Below the pieces are notes generated by a model. That model saw only the letters and a program-made list of their open reading frames with translations, was not told the DNA's origin and ran no database searches. A stretch of 64,000 nucleotides of DNA from Chloroflexota bacterium (GTDB lineage: Bacteria > Chloroflexota > Dehalococcoidia > Dehalococcoidales > UBA5760). Location: assembly GCA_015222205.1 (NCBI GenBank), contig JADFUW010000002.1:1303-65302 (forward strand), written 5' to 3'. Positions 36,088 to 43,984 of this stretch are shown here, piece by piece (position 1 is the stretch's first letter; the number at the start of each line of letters is the position of its first letter). Made by a program: the position numbers and the translations under genes.

Positions 36088-37674
36088 TCATGTTGGTATA
36101 ATGCCGTGCTTCTTTTTAGGTCTTGGTTCCATCTTATCTATTACCATCTCCAGTGCTTTTATCAACCTTGGTCTTGTTTCTGCTGGGTCAATTACATCGT
36201 CAACATGGAGGTGTTCGGCGGCCCTATATGGATTGGCGAATATACTTCGGTATTCCTGTATTTTCTCCTGCAGTAGCGCATCAGCATCTTCAGCCTTTTC
36301 CAGTTCTTTTCTGAATATTACCGCCGCCGCTCCCTCTGGCCCCATCACTGCTAGTTCTGTGGTAGGCCAGCAAAATACCGTATCAGCACCTAGATCTTTA
36401 CAGCACATTCCTAGATAAGCACCCCCGTATGCCTTTCTGATAGTGAGGGTGATTTTGGGTACTGTGGCCTCCGAATAGGCGTAGAGCATCTTGGCGCCGT
36501 GCCTGATTATCCCCCCCCACTCCTGGTCGGTGCCGGGTAGATATCCGGGAACATCAACCAGATTGATAATCGGGATATTAAAGGCATCGCAGAATCGGAT
36601 AAATCTTGAGGCCTTATCGCAGGCATCAATATCCAGACATCCTGCCTTTGACATCGGCTGTTGAGCTATTATGCCTACTGACCACCCGTTAAGTCTGGCA
36701 AAGCAGGTGATTATGTTGGTGGCAAATATGGGGAAGAGCTCAAAGTAATTCTTCTTTCCATTCGGTTCCTGGTCAAATACTCGCTCAATTATCTTGTGTA
36801 TATCATACGGTTTGTTGGGACTGGCGGGGACAATATCAAATAGGGTTGGGTCTATACGGTTTGGGTCATCGCCGAGGTCAACCCTTTTCGGTCTCTCCCT
36901 ATTGCTTGATGGCAGGTAGCCCAGCAGCTCCCTTATGCTTTCCAGACATTCAGCCTCGCTATTTTCAGAGCGGCAAGCCACCCCCGCCTTCTTTTGTGCC
37001 GTAATAGCACCGCCAAGCTCCTCGGGGTTAATCTCCTCCCCCATTACGGCCTTGACCACCTGTGGTCCGGTGATAAAGGCATAGCTTATGCCTTTAACCA
37101 TGAATATAAAGTCCATTAGTGCTGGGGAATATACGCCACCTCCAGCGCAGGGACCGAGAATGGCACATATTTGAGGGATTACCCCGGAAAATATCGAGTT
37201 TCTGTAGAAAATTTGACCATAGCCAGCCAGGGCATCAACGCCGTCCTGAATTCTGGCACCCCCGGAATCATTTATGCTGATGATAGGGCAACCTACCTTA
37301 GCGGCGCTATCCATTATGTGGCAAATCTTGGCGGCGTGTATTTCGGATAGACTTCCTCCAACAGTGGTGAAATCTTGAGCGTAGACATATACTTTTCTGC
37401 CATCAATCTTACCGTAGCCAGTAACTACCCCATCGGCGGGCACCTGTATCTTATCCATACCAAGGGCAGTACCTCGGTTGGTGGCGAACATACCCGTTTC
37501 ACAGAAAGTTCCCTTGTCAAGTAATCGGTCAATCCGCTCGCGGGCGGTTAGCTTGCCTCGCTTTTTCTGTTTTGCCACGCCATCCCTGCCCCCCATCGCC
37601 TTAATCTTTTCCTGGCGCTCTTTTAGGTCAGCGAGTAATTTGTCCTTTATTTGTTTATCTTCCCGTGTTGCCAT
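36088..37674 (-). CDS. acyl-CoA carboxyltransferase (methylmalonyl-CoA decarboxylase alpha / propionyl-CoA carboxylase beta family)
   Basis: 528 aa. Two carboxyltransferase domains (DFTTVGGSLSE..., PKITLTIRKAYGGAY). No biotin carrier or other subunits in the window. Confidence 0.9.
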   Translation of the reverse strand: MATREDKQIKDKLLADLKERQEKIKAMGGRDGVAKQKKRGKLTARERIDRLLDKGTFCETGMFATNRGTALGMDKIQVPADGVVTGYGKIDGRKVYVYAQDFTTVGGSLSEIHAAKICHIMDSAAKVGCPIISINDSGGARIQDGVDALAGYGQIFYRNSIFSGVIPQICAILGPCAGGGVYSPALMDFIFMVKGISYAFITGPQVVKAVMGEEINPEELGGAITAQKKAGVACRSENSEAECLESIRELLGYLPSSNRERPKRVDLGDDPNRIDPTLFDIVPASPNKPYDIHKIIERVFDQEPNGKKNYFELFPIFATNIITCFARLNGWSVGIIAQQPMSKAGCLDIDACDKASRFIRFCDAFNIPIINLVDVPGYLPGTDQEWGGIIRHGAKMLYAYSEATVPKITLTIRKAYGGAYLGMCCKDLGADTVFCWPTTELAVMGPEGAAAVIFRKELEKAEDADALLQEKIQEYRSIFANPYRAAEHLHVDDVIDPAETRPRLIKALEMVIDKMEPRPKKKHGIIPT

Positions 37675-38156
37675 ATTAGTCCCTCAGTTCAACTAGTTCG
37701 ATTAGTATTTTTGGTTTCTTCTTATTAATTAAAGTTAAAACAATATTATTATTGCCTAAAGATATATTCCTAAACTTGGCAGGGTCATCCCTGCTAGGTT
37801 GAGCTAAAGCTTAACAACTTTTGCAGCGTTTGTCTATCTCCTGATAGAGTTCCTTGATACCCATATCATTTATGACTTACGCAATGACAACTTGACAGCT
37901 TAAACTGTATTTCTTGTTGTTCTGCCTTTCTCTCAGTTTATTTTACTATATTCCCGCTTCTCTATAAAGGGTGCCTGCTTATTTGAGTTATTGGTAACAT
38001 ATAACTAACCTCTTCAGTCCTCTTTTTCTGTTAACTGCTTTAAGAGCTGAACTGGGAGTCTAGTTGGTGTTAAAGCCTAGAAATCCTAACCCCGCTAGGC
38101 TATAATAAACACTAGTTCAAGTAGCTGGAATGTCGTTCTGAGAACAGGAACGGGTT

Positions 38157-39323
38157 GTGAATATAGATGAACTAAAGACCTTAGTTATTGGCGAAGTGGA
38201 TGCTCACCGTGACCAGCTTAACGAGCTCAGCCTAAGAATTCACTCTAATCCAGAGCTGGCTTTCCAGGAAACTAAGGCGGTAGCCTGGCTAACTCAATAC
38301 CTGGAGGCAAACGGTTTCTCTGTAGAACAAGGAATCTGTGGACTCCCGACTGCTTTCCGGGGAGACTATGGGCATGGAAAACCGGCTATTGCCATTCTGG
38401 CTGAATATGATGCCCTACCCGGGCTGGGGCATGCCTGTGGCCATAATCTTATTGCTACTCTGGCTGTTGGTGCTGGGGTGGCTTCTAGGCTGGCGGTTGG
38501 CCAGCTTGGGGGTAGCATCCTCGTTATCGGCACACCGGCCGAAGAGCTATATGGGGGCAAGATAAAAATGGCTAGCCGAGGAGCCTTTGACAGTGTGGAT
38601 GTAGCTATGATGGTACACCCGGGGACACATGATGTTGCTACTACCCAGGCCCTTGCTTGCCAGACTCTAGAGGTTGAATTCTTCGGTAAGGCAGCTCACG
38701 CTGCTGCCAAGCCGGAGGCAGGCATCAACGCCCTCGAGGCAATGGTTCAATCCTTCGTGGCTATTAATTCACTGCGGCAGCATATCAAGGATAAATCTCG
38801 AATCCACGGTATTATTACTGACGGTGGGCAGGCGGCTAATATAGTCCCCGCCCACAGTGCTGGGATTTTTATTGTGCGGGCTGAGAGTGATGTTTATCTT
38901 GATGAACTAAAGCAAAGGGTCATAAACTGTTTTGTTGGTGCCGCTACAGCTAGTGGGGCTCGCTTAGAATACAGGTGGGAAGATGTCCGTTATGCTAACA
39001 TGCGTAATAATCTAACCCTGGCCCGATTATTCAAGCAGAATATGGAGTTCTTGGGGCGCAAGGTTAAGCTCACTGACCCCGATAGCAGTGTCGGTAGTAC
39101 TGATATGGGTAATGTCAGTCAATTAGTGCCCGGTATTCATCCCACGGTAGCAATAGCTCCAGAGGGTGTAGGTATTCATTCCCCGCAGTTTGCCTCGGCG
39201 GCCGCTTCGGAAGCAGGGAGCCGTGGTCTCTTTGATGCCGCTAAAGCCCTAGCTATGACCGTTGTTGACTTAGTGACCAGCCCCGGGATAATTTTCAGGG
39301 TTAAAGAGGAATTTAGGCAGTAA
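38157..39323 (+). CDS. M20-family amidohydrolase/metallopeptidase (AbgB-like)
   Basis: 388 aa, GTG start. HACGHNLI and GTPAEE motifs and an M20D-type layout. Confidence 0.85.
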   Translation: MNIDELKTLVIGEVDAHRDQLNELSLRIHSNPELAFQETKAVAWLTQYLEANGFSVEQGICGLPTAFRGDYGHGKPAIAILAEYDALPGLGHACGHNLIATLAVGAGVASRLAVGQLGGSILVIGTPAEELYGGKIKMASRGAFDSVDVAMMVHPGTHDVATTQALACQTLEVEFFGKAAHAAAKPEAGINALEAMVQSFVAINSLRQHIKDKSRIHGIITDGGQAANIVPAHSAGIFIVRAESDVYLDELKQRVINCFVGAATASGARLEYRWEDVRYANMRNNLTLARLFKQNMEFLGRKVKLTDPDSSVGSTDMGNVSQLVPGIHPTVAIAPEGVGIHSPQFASAAASEAGSRGLFDAAKALAMTVVDLVTSPGIIFRVKEEFRQ

Positions 39324-39379
39324 CCGCTGCTGGTGATGGGGCTACGGCGGCCATTAGTGCCGAAAAATTTCTCACCTAA
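39317..39379 (+). pseudogene. orphan 3'-terminal fragment of a thioredoxin-disulfide reductase (trxB-like) gene
   Basis: 20 codons + stop encode AVTAAGDGATAAISAEKFLT*. This matches the conserved TrxB C-terminal pattern QA(I/V)TAAG(D/S)G..AA..AEK(F/Y)L. An in-frame TAG lies immediately upstream, no trxB body exists, and the fragment overlaps the last two codons of the M20 gene. Confidence 0.65.
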
Positions 39380-39439
39380 CCGTTTGATAAGCTTTTACTT
39401 GGTTGTCTGGTGAAGTATAATTAGAGAGAAGGGGAAACT

Positions 39440-39916
39440 ATGAAGGTTATTTTCCTAGAGGATGTATCCAATATGGCTAGAGCCGGTGACATAAAAGAGG
39501 TGGCTGATGGCTACGGCAGGAATTTTCTTATCCCTAAAAAGTTGGCTCTTCTGGTGAATTCTCAGGCTATTAGCCTGGTGGAGGCACGGCGTCAAATAAG
39601 GGTCCGACAACAGGCCGAAAGCGAAGCCGAACTACTTGACCTGGCTAAGCAGCTAGACGGGAAGGAGATTACCCTGAAGGCTCGGGTAGGGGCTAAAGAC
39701 CGTCTGTACGGCTCAATTACTAGTGCCGATATTGCAGATGAGCTTAAAGGTAGTGCCGGTCTGGTGGTTGACAAGAGAAAAATAGAGTTGGCTGAGCCTA
39801 TCCGTAAACTCGGTAGCTATGAGGTAGTGGTTAAGCTGGGTAAGGATATACTGCCCCAGATAAGGGTTAGGGTGATAGAGGAGGAGGTTACAGCAACAGA
39901 GGGGGCGTCAGAATAG
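39440..39916 (+). CDS. rplI: 50S ribosomal protein L9
   Basis: 158 aa. MKVIFLEDV...G..G.IKEV.DGY.RNFLIP is the L9 signature. Upstream of dnaB as in many bacteria. Confidence 0.95.
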   Translation: MKVIFLEDVSNMARAGDIKEVADGYGRNFLIPKKLALLVNSQAISLVEARRQIRVRQQAESEAELLDLAKQLDGKEITLKARVGAKDRLYGSITSADIADELKGSAGLVVDKRKIELAEPIRKLGSYEVVVKLGKDILPQIRVRVIEEEVTATEGASE

Positions 39917-39917
39917 A

Positions 39918-41297
39918 GTGAACGGCGAGAAATTACCGCCACATGATATTGATGCTGAGGAAGCCGTAATCGGCTCGCTCCTGATAGAGGGCACAGCCAT
40001 CTACAAGATTACTACCCTTATTGAGCCATCGGATTTTTACGGTGAGAGAAACTCACAGATATATCGGGCATGCCTGGCACTTTACCAACGCAGTGAAGCC
40101 ATAAACCAGATTACCGTAGCCCAAGAGCTTGACCGACAGGATAAGCTGGAGGCATGCGGCGGTGCTGCTTATCTAAGCCACCTGATATCTATAGTGCCTA
40201 CGTCACTCGATATTGAGCACTATGCCCAAATTGTTTACCGTCTATCAGTAATGCGTCGTCTTATTAATGCGGGTAATCAGATTGAGGCTATTGGTTATGA
40301 AGCTGACCCGAGTGTTGAAACTAGCCTGGGTCGGGCGGAGAATATTCTATTTAGGCTGCGTCAGGGGGAAAGTGCTCAGGACCTAGTTCCTATCCGCCAA
40401 GTGCTGGATAAGTATTTTGAAGCCGTTACTCCTACCCTGGCTACTGAAGAAGGCCGTGCTGAGTCAATCCCTTATGTGCTATCCGGTTTTGCTGGCCTAG
40501 ATGAATTTCTTGGTGGATTTCAACACTCCGACCTGACTATTGTTGCTGGTAGGCCCAGCATGGGCAAGACCAGCTTAGCCCTTAACATCGCCCGAAATGC
40601 GGCGGTGGAGCAAGGAGCTTGCGTGGCTCTGTTCAGCATGGAGATGGCGCGAGAGTCACTGGTGTTGCGCCTCTTGTCCAGTGAATCCGGGGTTAATTTG
40701 AGGCAGGTTCGTCTTGGGCTGCATACGGAAGCAGAGGAAAAAAGGATTATGGACGCTACCGGTGTCCTTTCAGAGGCGCCGATTTATATTGACGATACCC
40801 CTCAGCTACGGGTAGTAGAGATGCGAAGCAAGGTCCGGCGACTGCAATATGAGCGTGGTGTCAACCTCATTATTGCTGATTACCTGCAGTTGATGCAGGG
40901 GGATAGTAGAGCCGAAAACAGGGTTCAGGAGGTTAGCTATATCTCTCGTTCCCTTAAAGGAATAGCGCGTGAGCTTAATGTGCCCGTGATAGCTGTATCT
41001 CAGCTCAGCCGCGCGGTGGAGTGGCGGGCTTCACATAAGCCTCAGCTCTCTGACCTGCGTGAAAGTGGCAGTATTGAACAGGATGCCGATGTTGTTCTGT
41101 TTATCTACCGGGATGAAGTACGCTATGCTAACCAAAAAGCCTGGGAGGATGAGCATCTCGGTGAGGCCTATCCACCTCCAGCTGAGATTATAATTGGCAA
41201 GCATCGTAATGGCCCTACCGGAGAAATAAATCTGCGTTTTATCCCAAGACTGGCTAAGTTTGAAAATATTGCTAATGCCGAGCCGAGCCTGCTATGA
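39918..41297 (+). CDS. dnaB: replicative DNA helicase DnaB
   Basis: 459 aa. PPHDIDAEEAVIGSLL, Walker A GRPSMGKTS, IADYLQLM and SQLSRAVE are present. Length is normal, so no intein. Confidence 0.96.
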   Translation: MNGEKLPPHDIDAEEAVIGSLLIEGTAIYKITTLIEPSDFYGERNSQIYRACLALYQRSEAINQITVAQELDRQDKLEACGGAAYLSHLISIVPTSLDIEHYAQIVYRLSVMRRLINAGNQIEAIGYEADPSVETSLGRAENILFRLRQGESAQDLVPIRQVLDKYFEAVTPTLATEEGRAESIPYVLSGFAGLDEFLGGFQHSDLTIVAGRPSMGKTSLALNIARNAAVEQGACVALFSMEMARESLVLRLLSSESGVNLRQVRLGLHTEAEEKRIMDATGVLSEAPIYIDDTPQLRVVEMRSKVRRLQYERGVNLIIADYLQLMQGDSRAENRVQEVSYISRSLKGIARELNVPVIAVSQLSRAVEWRASHKPQLSDLRESGSIEQDADVVLFIYRDEVRYANQKAWEDEHLGEAYPPPAEIIIGKHRNGPTGEINLRFIPRLAKFENIANAEPSLL

Positions 41298-42013
41298 AGC
41301 AGTTTAGCGGTTTCCCGGCTAAGATGCAGTTTATCCCCCTGCCCAATCTTTTCTTTAGTGCACTCTTGCCGCAAATCAACGATATGGCTGAGCTAAAGAC
41401 AACTCTATATATCTTAGCCACTCTTTACCGCAAGCGGGGCTACCCTCGCTTTGTCAGTTATAGAGAGCTATTAAGCAGCACCAGCCTGATATGTAGCCTT
41501 AAAGAAATAGCTGAGCCACCCGAAAAGTTATTGCGTAAAGCCCTGGAGATGGCGGCCAAGCGGGGCACTGTCCTTCATATAGTAGTGGATAGGGATGGGG
41601 TGTCTGAGGATATTTATTTTTTGAATACTGAGGAAAGTAGACAGGCGGTAGCTAAGATTGAGGGTGGTGAGCTTATCCTCCCTGGACTGGAAACTGCGGG
41701 GCGAACTTATCTTGGTGCCGGGGTTGGTGAGCAGTCTAACATCTTCACCCTCTACGAGCAGAATATTGGTATGCTAACCCCGATGATTGCTGAGGAGCTA
41801 CGGGAGGCGGAGAAGCTTTATCCTGCAGCCTGGATTAAGGATGCTATCAAGGAGGCAGTTAACCAGAGTAAACGCAAATGGAGCTATATTTCGGCAATAT
41901 TAGAGCGCTGGTCATCAGAGGGTAGGAGCGATGGAACCTATAGGCGAGATTCTGAAAAGACAGACCCGGATAAATACATCAAGGGCAAGTATGGGCACAT
42001 GGTCCGGCGCTAG
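41294..42013 (+). CDS. DnaD-domain (DnaB_2-type) replication protein
   Basis: 239 aa. ATGA overlap with the dnaB stop. The C-terminal NIFTLYEQNIGMLTPMIAEEL...WIKDAIKEAVNQSKRKWSYISAILERW is the DnaD C-terminal domain pattern. Confidence 0.75.
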   Translation: MKQFSGFPAKMQFIPLPNLFFSALLPQINDMAELKTTLYILATLYRKRGYPRFVSYRELLSSTSLICSLKEIAEPPEKLLRKALEMAAKRGTVLHIVVDRDGVSEDIYFLNTEESRQAVAKIEGGELILPGLETAGRTYLGAGVGEQSNIFTLYEQNIGMLTPMIAEELREAEKLYPAAWIKDAIKEAVNQSKRKWSYISAILERWSSEGRSDGTYRRDSEKTDPDKYIKGKYGHMVRR

Positions 42014-43340
42014 CGAGACTGAAGAAGACCTCCCAGGTGCAAACTGCCCTATTTGTGGCGGGGCGGGGTTTGTTCACCCTCTTCTCCCCACCGGGAAGGC
42101 CGATTTTAGTCGGGTTATCCCCTGCCGTTGTAGCCGGGAAGCCTTGGATAAGGAGCGCCAGACTCACTTGCTCAGTTACAGCAACCTGGGAGCACTGACC
42201 CGCTTCACTTTTGCCAATCTATTACCCCAAGGGAGAAGTGGGGACCCGATAAACCAGGAGCAGTTTACCCGTGCTCATGAAGCTGCCAAAGCCTTTGCTA
42301 GTCAGCCCGAGGGATGGCTAGTCCTGACTGGCCCCAGTAGCTGTGGTAAAACGCATCTAGCGGCGGCTATTGCTAACGAATGTATTAGCCGAGGTCAGCT
42401 AGCCTTTTTTATCTCTGCGCCTGACCTCCTAGACCGTCTGCGCTCTGCCTTCAGCCCCAATAGTGAAATGCCCTATGACGAATTCTTTGACCGGGTGCGT
42501 AATGCTCCGCTATTGGTTTTAGATGATTTAGGGGCTCAAACCAGTACCACTTGGGCCAAGGAAAAATTGGACCAACTGCTAAATTATCGCTTTAATAGCC
42601 AGTTACCCACGGTGATTGTTACTATTGCTCTTGTTGAACAGCTTGAGGAGCGAATACGCACTCGCCTGACCGACCCTGATTTGTGTCATATATGTGTCGT
42701 TGAGGCAGAGCCAGTCCTGTCAGAATATAGCTGGGGTCCAGAGTTCGAGCTACAAAAAACTATGACCTTTAAAAGCTTTGACCGTCGGCGGCTTAATCTG
42801 CCACCAGAGCAGCGCGAGAACCTGGAGTCAGCATTTGATTTGGCTTTTAACTTTGCCAAATCACCTGAGGGTTGGGTAGTATTTATGGGCGTTACCGGCT
42901 GTGGTAAAACGCATCTAGCGGCGGCTATTGTTAACTATTGTTATCAAGCCCAAAAGCCTGCCCTGTTCGTGGTGGTCCCTGAGTTCCTTGACCATTTGCG
43001 TTCCACTTTCAGCCCGGAGAGCAAGGTTTCCTATGACCAGCTGTTTGAAAGAATAAAGACGGCGCCGTTACTCGTTCTGGATGACTTTGGTGAGCAGTCA
43101 ACCACACCCTGGGCACAAGAAAAGCTCTATCAGGTTATTAACTACCGCTATAACGCGCGATTGGCGACAGTAATTACTGCCCGCGGTTCACTAGATGAGA
43201 TCGATAGCCCTATCAGTTCCCGGCTAGCAGACCCTAAAATAAGCACCCCATTTAATATCATCGCTCCTGATTATCGGGGTGATTTACAGTCCAGCCGGAG
43301 GAAAGTATCCCATGGTGGTAGGAAAAGGCGCTGGGATTAG
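41991..43340 (+). CDS. tandem-duplicated DnaC/IstB-like AAA+ helicase-loader protein with N-terminal zinc ribbon
   Basis: Two consecutive DnaC-like modules, each with Walker A (GPSSCGKTHLAAAI / GVTGCGKTHLAAAI) and Walker B (LLVLDDLG / LLVLDDFG). They are preceded by CPICGG...CRC. The start is ATG 41991 or 41931. Confidence 0.8.
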   Translation: MGTWSGASETEEDLPGANCPICGGAGFVHPLLPTGKADFSRVIPCRCSREALDKERQTHLLSYSNLGALTRFTFANLLPQGRSGDPINQEQFTRAHEAAKAFASQPEGWLVLTGPSSCGKTHLAAAIANECISRGQLAFFISAPDLLDRLRSAFSPNSEMPYDEFFDRVRNAPLLVLDDLGAQTSTTWAKEKLDQLLNYRFNSQLPTVIVTIALVEQLEERIRTRLTDPDLCHICVVEAEPVLSEYSWGPEFELQKTMTFKSFDRRRLNLPPEQRENLESAFDLAFNFAKSPEGWVVFMGVTGCGKTHLAAAIVNYCYQAQKPALFVVVPEFLDHLRSTFSPESKVSYDQLFERIKTAPLLVLDDFGEQSTTPWAQEKLYQVINYRYNARLATVITARGSLDEIDSPISSRLADPKISTPFNIIAPDYRGDLQSSRRKVSHGGRKRRWD

Positions 43341-43461
43341 GAAGCCATAAGCCAGGCTTGTATACCCAGAGAGTTTTTAGTAAAATGGGTAAACCTACCT
43401 GTGGGAAGAAGCTTTTCGAACAAGATACTTAAGCCTGTTTGTGGAAAGAGAGCTTATAAAC

Positions 43462-43965
43462 ATGGTAAATCAGTCAGTCCTAGTATTAAATCAGAGCTAT
43501 GAGCCACTCAATATATGTCTAGCCCGGCGAGCAGTAGTGCTGGTTTATCAAGGCAAGGCTGAGATGTTAGAAAACGGTGCTGGCTTTATCCAGTCAATCA
43601 GTTGTAGCTTTCCCCTTCCCTCAGTAATACGGCTACACCGTATGGTTAAACGCCCCCGACCTAGGAGAAGGCTGACTCGCCTGGAGGTTTTCAGCCGTGA
43701 CCAATACACCTGCCAGTATTGTGGCCGGGAAAGTCGACAGCTTACATTGGACCATGTTATCCCTCGCTACCGAGGTGGTGAGCAGACCTGGGAAAATGTG
43801 GTTAGTGCTTGTATCTCCTGTAATCGGCGCAAAGCCGGCAGGACGCCTGAAGAGGCCGGGATGAAATTAAGACACCGTCCGTCCCCTCCGCGAGATAACC
43901 TTCTTTTTTATATCCCTCTCCCCCTCAAAACTCAGGTTCAGTGGCAAAAGTATCTCCCTCATTGA
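43462..43965 (+). CDS. HNH endonuclease
   Basis: VLVLNQSYEPL...RRAVVLVYQGKAE at the N-terminus and CQYCG...LTLDHVIPRYRGG..TWENVVSACISCNRRK (HNH with zinc-finger cysteines). The start is ATG 43462 (the track uses GTG 43441). Confidence 0.88.
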   Translation: MVNQSVLVLNQSYEPLNICLARRAVVLVYQGKAEMLENGAGFIQSISCSFPLPSVIRLHRMVKRPRPRRRLTRLEVFSRDQYTCQYCGRESRQLTLDHVIPRYRGGEQTWENVVSACISCNRRKAGRTPEEAGMKLRHRPSPPRDNLLFYIPLPLKTQVQWQKYLPH

Positions 43966-43984
43966 AATCGTAAGTAGTGACCTG

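Noticed and set aside
39918-41297. Intein or mobile insertion in dnaB
   Set aside because: At 459 aa the length is normal and the helicase motifs are contiguous. No extra domain is present.
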